From: Dicyema japonicum
Lineage: Eukaryota > Animalia > Dicyemida
Direction of reading: 5' to 3'
Length of the DNA: 64,000 nucleotides
Assembly: GCA_011109175.1 (NCBI GenBank)
Contig: RDEW01000018.1
Location: 417,091 to 481,090, forward strand
Shown: positions 12,629 to 24,930 of the stretch, in pieces
Position numbering within the stretch: the stretch's first letter is position 1
Layout of the letters: each line of letters opens with the position of its first letter
Position numbers and translations under genes: made by a program
The notes under the pieces: generated by a model
Told to the model about the DNA's origin: nothing
The model's input: the letters and a program-made list of their open reading frames with translations, nothing else
The model's database searches: none

Positions 12629-13355
12629 CTAATGATAGCTCATTTGATGTTCCACCAGATCATCATTTGTCTTACATAAGTCTCCGCATTCCTCACATCT
12701 AACAAAGTCATCACATGGGTAGTCCTTATCAATTTCCTCACACTTTACGACTCCCATAGCTGGATGAGTACGTCTCATCTGTTTGGAATCTATCACAAAC
12801 TGAACAAAATCATCCTCCACAAACTGAGACTCCCACAAGCAGGTCTCTATGTTTTGAAAGAGTCCCTCCAGTTGGTCCTCGGACATTAATTTATTCACTT
12901 TGTCAAAACATTAAACTACATTTTTGGGGTTGATTGGGCAGACCGGTCGCACATGGACGTTTCATGGAGTGGATGTCCGCATATTTAGGTTCCATTGAAT
13001 ACACAGAGTCGATTGTTGGTAGAGATTCCTTGACTTCGAGAGATGACTGCATTTTGATTGGACTTTTGTCTTGCGTAGTCATTTGAGGGCTGTTTTGTGG
13101 GTTTGTAGTATGAGTTGCTTCTGAAGGGGCTTGTGGCATTGTAGTCTGTAGATAAGGACTTGTTTTCTTAGGTGGACTCTGTTTTTCTAGCACTGGGGAA
13201 GAAAAAATGTTAGAGGTGTTTCTGTAGTCTATATCTTTGTAAGTAGCGTGGCTATTTGGGTTTTGTGACCTTAAATATTATTTTTATTCAGACTTTTGAG
13301 GGTTTTGCCCGAAAATTTGATTGAGTAATTTTTGAGCTTCAGTCGTTTTAGACAT
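12629..13355 (-). CDS. ~226-aa protein with S/T/P/Q-rich N-terminus and a single C-terminal C2H2 zinc finger
   Basis: ATG at 13355 (MSKTTEAQKLL...). Removing a 24-nt intron and a 22-nt intron (12898-12919) joins ORFs 12903-13193 and 12629-12898 in frame. The protein ends CEECGDLCKTNDDLVEHQMSYH* (C-x2-C-x12-H-x4-H). Confidence 0.8.
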
Positions 13356-13463
13356 TTGAACTACCACGAGAAACGATTGTTAATTACAATTTAAATTATT
13401 ATGATTTTATGATTCTTTTTTTTATAAATTAATACATAAAATTTATTTAATATACTTTCTAAC

Positions 13464-13809
13464 GTTACTTGCATCGACACGTTTGCCTCTTGCAACGTAC
13501 TCCAGAGTGCCTCTGGAGCCTGTCTGCCGCTGAGAAGGCCGAGAAGATGAAACCGGAAAAGTACGCGGTCTTACCCAAGGAGTTTTTGTTTGTTCCACTC
13601 GCCGTTGAGATATCTGGTTTTTTTGCGCCTGCGACGCTGGTTTTCTTGAGTCGTCTAGGTAATCGGATCGGTACACGAGCAGGAGACCCTCGTGAGCGCT
13701 GCTGGTTATTTGAGCGAATCTCGCTCGTCATCCTGAGGGGGAATAGCCACGCAGTCAGGGCAGCCGCTATATAAACCGTTTACTTTTTTTCTTCAATAAA
13801 ATTTATTTA
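13464..13809 (+). mobile_element. CRE-clade (RLE) non-LTR retrotransposon, 5'-truncated 3' end
   Basis: Reads TCIDTF...AAEKAEKMKPEKY...FVPLAVEISG...WLFERISLVILRGN. Flanked by a 10-bp TSD ACTTTCTAAC (13454-13463 / 13810-13819). Confidence 0.9.
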
Positions 13810-13929
13810 ACTTTCTAACACATCATAAATAAACTTTTGGCTATTTGTCATCGTCCACGAGGAACCATGACCGCGGTTTCTTGTGTTTGTGCAAAGAACA
13901 GGAAACCCATTGTGCAAACAACAGACGAT

Positions 13930-14200
13930 GTGATTGCTCGCATGGCTTCAGAACAGGCCGTTCTACAAAGACTCATTTGGGATCTGTCCCCCATTCACTA
14001 CAGATGGCTTCAAAATGAAAATGCACTTACAGACGGCTTTGAAATCTATCGATATACGGAAGGTCTTCAACTCTGTTTCGAGGACATTCATAACGAAAAA
14101 TATCTGTAGTTCGAATTTACATCCGAACTTCATGCTATGGCTGAACATTTTCTTAACTGGCCACGTGGAAGAGTCCGGATCGGTAAAACTACTTCAAAAT
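13930..14200 (+). mobile_element. Ingi/Vingi-like LINE RT fragment
   Basis: TDGF...TALKSIDIRKVFNSVSR...NLHPNFMLWLNIFLTG is homologous to the RT segment at ~37.7-37.9 kb. Confidence 0.62.
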
Positions 14201-14524
14201 TAAGATTACTCCCTAATTGGGTTTTACAAGGCTCCCCTTTACCTCTTTTCTTTTTAAGCTATTTCCACACGACTTACCTACTAACAAAGATATAATTGGT
14301 GACCCACTAATACTCCCGAAGTTATCACCTCCTTCTACTAGAGGACGTTATGAGATTTAGCTTTTTCATGTGGTGCCCAGTGCATGGGTATCATGAAAAT
14401 GATGATTTGCTACCCCCAATCCACTGGATAGGTTCCAGCAATTGGAAGCACTGTACGCTTTCTTTTTTCTGGATGAAGATGTGTGTGATGTGAGAGGTCT
14501 CAGTGCTTCTGTGAAGGTGGGAAC

Positions 14525-17500
14525 TAGTTAGTTACTTAGTTAAGAGCTCTTTCGCGTGGCCCTAAAAGGGGTTCGCTTGAGCCATGTTTTGCAGCCATCC
14601 TCCTCGCCATCCTCGCCCACGCCATCTTGTTCCTGGCCCTCATTCGAACATCATCCAGATCGTCCGCTGTCACCAATTTACGACTATTTTGTTCGTAGTC
14701 ATCTTTTAAGCAGGTTGGAAGTGTGTTTCTTGGTCTGCCTCGAAATCCGCGACTTCCGGCGTAGTAGAAATATTCTTCCATTATTCTGTTACATGGCGTA
14801 GTCGGGTCCAGTCTGAGGATATGTCCAAATAGTCGCCATCTCGATAAAATAACATCGGTGCTGAGTGGTCTGGATTTACATCGTGAATATAGATTTTCAT
14901 TTGAGATTTTTCTCGGCCAAAAAATTCCAATCAACATGCGGAGTTGGTTCCTGTGAAAAGTATCTAGCTTCTCTAAATCAATTTTAGAACATGCCCATGT
15001 TCCGGAATTGTATAGCAAAATTGGTTTAACAAACGTGTCGTATAGTCTGACACGAAGTTTCAGTGATACATGTTTTTTCCTTATCCAAATTTGGTACATT
15101 TTTTTGAAGTATATGGTAGCCAGCATTTTCCTTCGACAAATATCCTCAGCATCACCTAGCAGTGAGCCGAGTTTTTTGGTATGTCTCCAGCACTCATCGT
15201 TCCTTGATTCTGCTCGTTCGACTCGTGTATAATCAGTTTTTTTAATGTTTATGCGTAAATCCCAATTCTTAAAAATACGTTCGGCTTGAAGTAAAATTTG
15301 GTCAAGTATTTCTTGGTCGGTAGACACAAAGTCTACATCATCCGCATAAATTAACTCTGTTATGTCCGGTATTTAGGACCCATGACATTTCTCAATTCCT
15401 TGAGCGCAGCTTCGAGGTAAACAATAAATATAATTGGGGACAAGGAATCTCCTTGTGGAGTGCCCATGTTGGTACTGAAACTCTTCGAATGCTTTGTTCC
15501 TATTCTCACGGATAGGTCAGTTTCGGAAAGTAATAAACTTATTAGTCTCAGGCAGTCCTCGTCAAGCAGTTCCTTTAGAACAATCATGAGTTTTTCTCTA
15601 TTGATGCTGTCAAAAGCCTTCGTTAGATCAATTCCTAGGATGTAGATTACTTTCGTGTATTTTTGACATATTGATGTGAGCCATCGATGACTCCACACAA
15701 TATCTGAGGTTGATCTTCCACTTCTAAACCACTTTGACTTAGGGAAAGGTATTTTTCCACTGGCTCTCGTATACGGTTAAGCACTATGATCGATAAGGTT
15801 TTCCTGATAACTGACAATAGAATAATAGGTCTTAGTCCGTCCAACGACCCTTCTTTTTTCCCAGGTTTATGTATTGGAATTAAGACTCCATGTCCCAAAG
15901 GAAGTGGACAGTGAAGTTCCATCGACTCATTTAAGATATTCGTGATTATATTCCCAACAGTAACCGGGGCATGTTTTAGTAACTCACCCGGAATGCCATC
16001 ATAACCAGCCGACCGATTTCCCTTTAGATGCATAAATGCATCGGTTACTTCCTTTATTGTAATTTTGTTTGTAAGGGGTCTCGGATATCCAATAAATTTA
16101 GGTACATTCATCCCTTCAGATTTAAACAACGACTCGAAGTGTCTAGCAATATAATTTGCTTTATCCTCAGGGTTTTGAAGATATTGACCTTCGTCGTCAC
16201 AGACTTTCAGTGGTTTCTTTGCAGTTCCTCGTGTAAGTAGTCTAACAGCAGAGAACATTCGTCTTCCATACTGACAGTTTTCGATTTCAGTTGCTTTATC
16301 GTCCAAATATTTGTGCCAAAGGATATTTGATCGTCTTCTTATCAGATGCGATATTTGATTGCGTTTTCTCCTTAATGCACATTTATTCGAATTTGAACTT
16401 CCCAGTTTCGAACGTATTTCTTTCTGCTGCTCAGACAATTCTCGAATTAAGGGGTCATGAATCATTCGTCTATTTTGGTCTTTTTCCTGGTATCCAACAG
16501 TCTCTATCGCCGACAGTTTTAGAATATCCAAGATCTTCCCGAGGTCAGTCGAGGGGGTGCCACTGGGTTCAACTCCACGTAAACGTTTAGAGACATTTTG
16601 TTGGTATCTCTTTTGCCAAGTGTCAAAAGTCAACATTTCCACAGCCAAACGTCTATCTAGAGGTGTGCTTTTCCTCTTGACTGCCTCAATTCCGTAGTAT
16701 CGTTTGAGATTTAATCTGGCCACCGTTAGCTTATGGTCACTGTCAGTAGTGGTTCCTCCATAACTCCTAGAGTCAGACAGAAGTCTCTTCAAGGAGATAG
16801 GGCAGATAATGTAGTCTATTTGGTTGAATATGCACGTATGTTCGTCTTTGGACCTTCTTATGCCAACCCAGGTAGTTCTATGTTTTATGGGTGTTTAAAA
16901 GTGGTATTGCATAGATACAGATTTGATGAATTACAAAAATCCATGAGTGAGTGTCCGAGAGATTACGATACCCTCTGCCATATTTTCCCATACAGACTTC
17001 GTCGTGCCTTCTCATGCCAGCCTTGGCATTCCAGTCACCACAGATAAAGATAAGTGCAGATCGATGAACTCGCATATATGTATTCGATAGGATTTGATAA
17101 AACTCTTCTAACTCATCCATATTTTTGGAAACTCTGCCATGTGTGGGGCATATACATTGATAACAGTCATCATAGTATTGTTTGTAGATGATAAACACAA
17201 TTTCATAACGGCAACACGATCACTGACTGTCCATACATTATGCAAGCAGTTCACTAGGTTCGAGTTAATTGCCTAACCAAGACCGTAATGCCGATTTTCT
17301 GATGGGAGTAGAAGAATCAGGTAGTTACCAATGGTTTCATCGGATTCTAGGGCGTTCTTTGTTTCCTGTATGCAGCAAATGTCGATTTTGTAACGGGACA
17401 GATTTTCGGATAATAGTTCCCTCTTGATCAGAGATGAGAGGCCACGAACGTTGTATGTAGCGATGAAAAACAAGGATTTTGCATTTAGACATGATAAAGA

Positions 17501-17600
17501 CATGAATTTTTTAGAGAAGAAAAACAGAAGCACGTCACCACTTCAACCAAAATAGGTGGGAACTAATTTCATTTAATTCCTTGCTAACTATTTGCTGTTT
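14525..17600 (-). mobile_element. Near full-length RTE-clade LINE (APE + RT), frameshifted
   Basis: APE motifs ATYNVRG, CIQETK, GLG, GDWNAK and NQIDYII. RT motifs LGIDLTKAFDS, GTPQGDSLSP and YADD, then the C-terminal FRGRPRNTL. The ORF is split over five track ORFs. Confidence 0.95.
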
Positions 17601-18076
17601 CTGTATCAAGAGATACAAATGTCTCTAGAGACGGTCAATTCCTGGTCAGTAACCAAAAATCTATATTTTCCCTACTGCACATTTGGGGTTCCCAAAATGG
17701 AAGTGATCCTTGTAGAAGATGAGTTTCACTGAGTCGTAGGAACTAGATATACCGTGATTTCTTTAACCTCTTTCCGGTTTATCCGTGTTATTAACTAAAA
17801 TATATTCAATCGACTTGTGGAGGATGTGTCTCGTTGATGGTTGTCTGACACGCTTTACCAACCCTTAAACTACTAACTACACATCAGATTACCCTTCATG
17901 TTAAGAAAATCTCCCAAAGCCTTTATGTCGCTATATGGACGGCCAGAGTCAATAGTCTTGACTTTAGTTAATCACAACATTTAGGAATGCGTTGAAGACT
18001 ACTCAGAAAGGTGGTGGTCACCAAAGGATGGAGGGATGAATCTGATAAAAGAATTTTTTATTTTCTCCATCTAGCC

Positions 18077-20659
18077 CAGGGGTTCTCAACCTGGGGTCGA
18101 TTCGACCCCCAGGGGTCTAAAATCAATCCAGATCGATCGTAAGGGGGTCGAAAATGAAATATTTGGGGGTCGAAAATATATTTAATCTTTTTCANGTTTA
18201 CTCGCCTGGCTTCGATCATCATACGGATATACAAGACTACATGAACAGAATCGGACGATCGGTTTGTCGCTATACCCTTTCTGTTTTCTAGACGACCAGA
18301 TGACTGGACACCTCTCTTTTTTTGGTTGCCTTCGTGTTCTGCGCCACACCAGATGCACCAGATGCATCTCTGTGAGCTTTTGGTGGTTACTTTCCTGTTA
18401 GCCATCTGTTTCCTTCTCTTGAAGAGACCGGAAATAATAATTGAAGGCACCAGGGGTCCATATACACAACTTAAAGAGTTATAATCTTTTTCAATTTAAA
18501 TTAAGTAGTTTATTTTTAAAGTGGTAAACCTTTGTTCTTTAAAATTTTTAAAATTACCATGCTTGTTTTTGTTCGTGTATGAGTCGTTTTTCTACATTAA
18601 AAATTCGTCAATATAAAAATGAATATTTGTCATTTGGATTTATAAAAAAATTATTTTGATAATAGACCATATTATTTACTGTGTAATAAGTCATTATCAA
18701 ATGATGCAATTAAACTGTCCAAATTGTGGATCATCTTAGGAGAAAACATTCTGATAAAAAGATAAACCATTATTTTGAAGAATTAAAGGATTCTTTTCGT
18801 AAACAAAAAACGATTGACACTGTTTTTACAAATAGTAGTGAAAGAAACAATAGTCGTATTTATTTTAAATTATATTTAGGAGGACTAATTGCATCCTATA
18901 AAATTGCAATGATTATTGCCAAAAATGAGAGTTCCCATGTTTCTGGTGAAAATCTCATCAAACCATCTATCAGTGATTCTATCAGATCTTATGGGTTTAA
19001 ATCTCGATGAAATTTTAAATTCCGTACCAATTAGCAATGATTCAATTCGCCGCATGATTGACGAAATGGCAGATAATGTTGAACATATTTTATGTGAAAG
19101 GCTAAAAATACTATTTTTTCGCTTCAAATTGACGAAAGTCATATATGTCTAATGGGATATGTCAACCAATCAATTCTAATGGGATATGTCAGTTAATCTT
19201 ATTAGAAGCTTACCCTTTAAGATATTTCGACGATCATGCTCTTCTTACTGATACGACTGAATTTTCTATTTTTCCGTAGTCAAATTATTTTTGGATGACA
19301 TGAAGATTCCATATGAAAATTTGGTTTCTTGTGCCACAGATGGTGCAATGTCTATGGTTGGAAAATATAAAGGATTTGCGGCATATTTGAAAAAAATATG
19401 TCCAAATGTGATTCATGTACATTGCGTTCTACATAGATAACATTTGGTTTCAAAAGCTCTTACGCCAATTCTAAATGAAACGTTAAATATAGTTATTAAA
19501 ACCATAAACAAAATTAAAGCAAACAGCAAGTATGACCGTTTTTTTTTAAATTTTGCTAAGAAACATATGTCCGTCTTGTGTTCACACAGGTTATAATTTC
19601 CAATTTTATTTTACAGATACGATGGTTATCAAAGGGAAATGCATTAGAACGATTTTCAATATTATTTGACATAATCGTAAATTTTCTTACTTCTGAGGGT
19701 GAGAAAATTTAGCAGATTTAATTGTATCGAAAAAGAAAGAAATTGTTTATTTGACTTGGATTTTTGGAAAATTTAATAAAGTTTATTAGAACTTCAGAGA
19801 AAGTATGTGACGTTAATAGATTGTAAAAGAATTATTCAAATATTTATCGAAAAAATTAAGTTACATAAATATATTTGGAAAAAAGAAATTATTATAACAT
19901 TCCTAAATTCTACTCAATTGGTCAAACATTTGATGATGAAGATATTAAAAATTTTTTGCAACATTTATTAAGTATAAAAAGATTTGATTCTTCGATTCCA
20001 AGATATTCTTGAATTAGAAATTTCATCTTGGATGATTAATCCGTTTTTGTCAAAGCCAGAAGAACATAAAGAAGTTATTAAAGAGGAATTAGTTATGTTA
20101 AAATTCAATCCAGAATTAAAACTATATTATAATGATTCACAATCACCTGTTATTTTTTGGCAAAATATGAAAGTGAAAGAGAGTTATCCAAAATTGTGGA
20201 CAGAAATAGCACAATTGCTACTCTATTTTCCGACATTATACTGTGTTGAATGCGGATTTAGCATTCTACATCGAATTGTAAATAAAGAACGAAACAGATT
20301 GGAAGTGTCCATTAGAGGAGATCTTCGTTTTAAAATCACACAAATAGAGCCAGATATCGAATCTTTGGTCAGAAAACATCAGTCATAGGGATCCCATTGG
20401 TATTTAATTTTTTATTATAGATTTATACTAAGATACCAGCTTAACATCGAGTATATACTTTTTTTGTTTTATTTGATTATTAACAATGAATTCATTTTAG
20501 ATAGTTAACTAATTTTACTTAGAATTATCTGTTCAATTAATTAATTTTACTTAAAATTATCTGTTCAAAATAAAAAAGTTTCAAGGGGTCGAGTAAATAT
20601 TAGGGGGGTCGAAAAAAAAGTCAAGGGGTCGACGAGTAAAAAAAGGTTGAGAACCCCTG
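18077..20659 (+). mobile_element. hAT DNA transposon, Buster/Charlie type
   Basis: Perfect 15-bp TIRs (CAGGGGTTCTCAACC / GGTTGAGAACCCCTG), an 8-bp TSD ATCTAGCC with central TA (18069-18076, 20660-20667), and subterminal GGGGTCGA repeats. A single N lies near 18195. Confidence 0.96.
18579..20388 (+). pseudogene. Disrupted hAT transposase containing three micro-introns
   Basis: BED-finger-like region (DHLRRKH), GLIASYKIA, QIDES, ATDGAMSMVG, IHVHCVLH, TQ|IRWLSKG and YCVECGFS. It has several frameshifts and stops. Confidence 0.85.
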
Positions 20660-21463
20660 ATCTAGCCGATCCGTATGTCTGGACGGTTTATCTCATCTCG
20701 AGATGTGAGGTGTTGTACGGTCAACCAAATTCTCATGCTCTGAATGCTTGATCCAAACCGTTAAAGAGTTTAAAAAATGCATTAAAATCATTAAAAGTTA
20801 AAAAATGCATTAAAATCAATAAAGTACTAAAGTTTTATTGCTGCGTCTGGGAAGCCATGTAACAACGTCTAACAGTCATGGTTTCTTTTAGTAACCCTGG
20901 ATATGCCCAAAATAGGTTTTTTCCAGTTCCTCCGCTTGGATTCCCTTTTCCAGGATCACGTCATTTCTATATTTCCGCCGTAATGGGAACCTTTCGACCA
21001 GATTATAGACTAATTCTTTTGGACGCCAGTCTGGGATTGGGGATTTTTGATAGGGAAAGTGAGATTAATGGTCGAGAAACCCTATAAAAGTTAGTTGGAT
21101 CCAATTAGAAGGTAAGAAAAAATCCTCAAGACATTTTTTTGAATGGAAAGACTCAGTGAGAATAGCCGTCTTACTACGTCTTGGCCTTAAAGTGTGTGGT
21201 GAACGAAACTGTTGCTATAAACGTTGAATCGATCCCTATGGTCATGCATAGAACGATGCTGGCAATTGCAGAGGGTGTCTCTCGAAATCCTAAAGAGAAT
21301 AGGCACTCACTTATGGCCTACTAACTTTAATTATGTAGATTTCGTTTTGATCACTAATCGCTTTTATTTTTAATTTTTAAAAAGCATAAAATATAAATAT
21401 AAATAAAACCAATTAAAAAAATAAAATTGAAATATAAATAAAACTTATTGCCTAGGAGATATA

Positions 21464-22794
21464 ATGGAGTCTTGTGGAGTTGATAAAATACAGGTATTAC
21501 TGACAATCACAAATAGGCTATCATCGACTCCTTCATTGTGAGATCTAAATTTAAGAGACTGAGAAAAGAATACGAGGAGATATTCTTTTGAAATTGAACA
21601 ACAGGACATAATAAAATGGGGATCAAACTGTTTGTCCTTTCCAAAGATAACTCCACGTGATACAATCAAAACTGAAATTAGTGAACTGAACAACTTACTC
21701 CAACCAAATAGCAATATTACTCCCAATCAAGAGATCCTGAGAGAGTCCGACCAAAGTAACATCTTAACTCAACAAGAACGTGTCCTTAATGATGATTTGG
21801 ATAAAGTTAATATTACCGAATGTACTACATTCAACAGATCAGCTCAACCATGTTGCATTATTAGATATAATCGGAAGCAGGATGACAACCTGAGGGTTTC
21901 TTGTACTTCCTCAGAGACAGACGCTAATAAAAGTGGAAGTACTAACCTAGCTTTACCAATTAACCAATCAGAGGGGGAGCATAAAGACGAAAGGATTGAG
22001 AATACAAGTAACTCAAAGCTGAGGATTACTTGTACTCTCTCAGATACAGACGCTAATATAAGTGGAAGTAATAACCTAGCTTTACAAATTAACCAATCAA
22101 GGGACCTAAGATGAGAGGGTGGAGAATACAAGTAATACGAACTTGGGGAGTATTCCCACTAACTCAGACAAAGACATTAACAAAAGTGGAAGTACGGATA
22201 CACATGGAAGTACTACCCAGATTGGAGAGGGGAGAATACAAGTAATACGAACCTGGGGAGTATTTCTACTAACTTAGACAAAGACACTAACAAATGTGGA
22301 AGTACGGATACACATGGAAGTACTAACCCAGATGGGGGAGAGGAGAATAAAAGTAATTCGAAAATTACCCAAACAATCGCAAATCAAGAACCAGAGGACA
22401 AGCCAAGGAAGCATATAAAGGCGGGAGAGACTGTAATCGACAAGAAGTACGTAAAAACGGCAATAAACTCATTTATGACGGCGGAACCTGAAAATGTAAT
22501 AAAAGACGCTTTTCTCGATAATTTGAAGAAAATATATAGAAAATGTAGTTTATATAATTTAAGCAGTAAAATTGTGTCCCTCCAACTCTGAGAGGGAGAT
22601 GGAACTTTTGTGGGTTGAGGAAGCTATACAAAGCAGAGTCAAAGTGAATTTTGCATTAAATTTAGTTTTTGGAGACCAAAAGATCATTGACTACTGGGAA
22701 GACCAGCAAGAGATTCTCTCTTGGTGATGGAAGGAATGGAGAGTTGGATGATAGTTTGGAAGTGAGAGTGACTTGTAATAGTAGGGCAAGCTAG
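21464..22794 (+). CDS. IQCC: IQCC-like protein (IQ domain-containing protein C) with central tandem repeats; apparent frameshifts
   Basis: The spliced N-terminus KIQ|AIIDSFIVRSKFKRLRKEYEEI.EIEQ..IKW and C-terminus EMELLWVEEAIQSRVK|FL match the two conserved IQCC blocks as I recall them. It has three or more micro-introns and 1-nt frame breaks near 21587, 22100 and 22225. Confidence 0.72.
21880..22340 (+). repeat. Two pairs of coding tandem repeats (~126 bp x2 and ~100 bp x2) in the IQCC-like gene
   Basis: NLRVSCTSSETDANKSGSTNLALPINQS / KLRITCTLSDTDANISGSNNLALQINQS, followed by two copies of ENTSNTNLGSI.TN.DKD.NK.GSTDTHGST. Confidence 0.85.
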
Positions 22795-23187
22795 TAAAAT
22801 CAGAAGACAGCAGTCAACAAATTATTAGTTCCCCAAAAATGAGGAATTAATGGGAATTATAAAACAAGTAATGTATTTGGTGAGGTAGATTGAATTGCTG
22901 AAAACTGAAATTAGAGAAAATTCAACTAAAAATGACTATGAGTGCACTCCAAATCTCACTAGGAAAGAAAACTCTGCGCTAAATAAGGCGAGAAAATTTT
23001 TATCGTCGAACGCTTATTCAAGTAAATGATTATTGTATACTCCCAGTTTTTGTTATTTTATAAAAATATTTTACTTATTTTCCAATCGATTTTTATGGAT
23101 AATGATGGACTATATAATAATGTAAAAATGATCTTTGGAGACCACAAGGGATCGGTTCTTAACCTCTATATATGCACTTTATAAACG

Positions 23188-23295
23188 ATCCTATTCTGTA
23201 GTGAGATATTCACTGATGACGGCGTCACTCGTCAAGCCAAAGCATCGTAGATGCCTGAAACCTTTAATCGGAATGTACAGCAGCGAGATTCAAAC
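23188..23295 (+). repeat. Dispersed ~110-nt repeat, copy 1 (possibly a structured RNA or LINE 5' UTR relic)
   Basis: Shares the blocks AGTGAGAT...GGCGTC.CTCGTCAAGC...TGAAACCTTTA.TCGGAAT...AGCAGCGA with 24728-24835. Confidence 0.6.
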
Positions 23296-24727
23296 ACATC
23301 AGGCCTCTTGCCCAACACTCATAAGGGTTGCTAATTTGCCTATGCGAATTATTTCATATATGTGAGGGAAAATAAAATGTTTGTAGTTGTGACAAAACCT
23401 AAGGTTAGGAGCGAATTATTATAAACTTGTGAAAAATACTCGATAGGAAAGTTACAACTAGCTAAAGGGGTTTCAGCCAAAGATGGCTTATCTCAGAAAT
23501 GAAAACTTAGTTGCCCTTAGAAAGTGCAGAGGAAGCCAGAGGTATTCTTTTTGTAAGATTTCTAATTTATAACAAAGAATCTGGAGATCTTTGATGTCAC
23601 ATTGTATTTCAGAAATTCGTGCTTCATTTTATAGAAATCCTCAAGAAAAGACTTTGGAAGGTAAGCAGACTGAAGATTAACAGAAAAGTAGTACATCCGC
23701 CGTCAGGCAGACATAGCGCTGGGGTATTCCCTCGTCACGTCATGTTAAACTAGATTGTCAAGAGGGCTATCGAAGACTCCTGGTTTACCTTCCTTCTGGA
23801 ACACGTTGGACATGACAGGGATTAAACATGCACAAACAATTTCTTTAACGCGAATCTGTTCAAGTCATCACTGCGCGTGGGTATCACAGCAAATTAAAAA
23901 GGGATTGATTCGCATTCCAGCAAATCTCCGTTTAAATGTCTGACATTCGTGAACCTAGCACGTCCCAGTTTATCAGGTTAATCGGGTGGCTTTCAAGATT
24001 GCGGAAGGGAGCCTAAAATGACACGATGGCTATTCCAGAACATTGGGGTCGCGATTATAAGAAGTAACTCCAATGTTGCAGGTCATAATGAGACCTTGTC
24101 ATTACAGCTGACTTTATTGCTTTTATTAGAATAAATGCTTTACTGAAGAAGATATTTGCTGAAAGATTTATACCCCCGACTTACGCCACCGAACTGTTGA
24201 GTTGTCTTATTCTGTTTGGAGATTCAATTTTCTTTCTCAGAGACCGCGAATGTCGACTGAAAACATATACTGAGAGTTCCTGAGAGTACTAGATGTTAAC
24301 TTTTTTTAATTTTGATTAAATCTCTGGTGATTAAATACCTCATTTTGTCGACCTCTTCTAACTCGAGGATCAGTATCAAACAAAGACTTGTCTTTCTCCC
24401 GTGACAATGGACGAAAAACTCTGGAGACAGCGGAAACCCTATCTCTTGAACAAGTAGTATGCACCTAAGAATCTAATCCACCAAATATTTAAAAAAACAA
24501 CAAGGATCAACTATCAAAAGCTATACGTGTAGGTTGGGAGTCAAGATTTCGAAAGCCAAACAAGATTTGTATATATAGATTAATAAATAGTAACATTCCA
24601 TTAACGAGAGCCACATGGGCATGACACACACTTTATTATTAAAGTAAATAACAGTTTCTTACGGTTGAGAGGAGAACAATTAATGTCCATAACTTCTCTC
24701 TTTGATTACCTCCAGTCGCTGTAGAGA

Positions 24728-24835
24728 ATCCTGTTAAGCAGTGAGATCTCAGTGAGGATGGCGTCCCTCGTCAAGCAAAAAAAATCCTAAACGCATGAAA
24801 CCTTTAGTCGGAATAGATAGCAGCGATATTTGAAT
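24728..24835 (+). repeat. Dispersed ~110-nt repeat, copy 2
   Basis: Same conserved blocks as 23188-23295, separated by divergent spacers. Confidence 0.6.
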
Positions 24836-24930
24836 CAATAAGCATCTGAATCCCGTCCAGAAGTAATCTGAGGAAATACCAACTATTTCAAATTCTCCCT
24901 AATTAACCTCCAAAACAATTTATTAAATAA

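Noticed and set aside
12629-13355. C2H2 finger gene as the N-terminal ORF of the adjacent CRE element
   Set aside because: It is on the opposite strand, contains spliceosomal introns, and lies outside the CRE's TSD.
14536-16792. RT ORFs as group II intron, retron or DGR components
   Set aside because: They are linked to APE or RLE endonuclease domains with LINE-type tails and TSDs, so they are non-LTR retrotransposons.
16291-17047. Plus-strand ORFs overlapping TE coding regions (also 30547-31419 minus, 43516-44560 minus)
   Set aside because: They are antisense shadows of retrotransposon ORFs with no independent coding evidence.
23212-23290. Hammerhead ribozyme (CTGATGA...GAAAC)
   Set aside because: Stem II lacks a closing pair, no NUH site with matching stems I/III can be placed, and the second copy has GTGAGGA. 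Kept only as an unassigned structured repeat.
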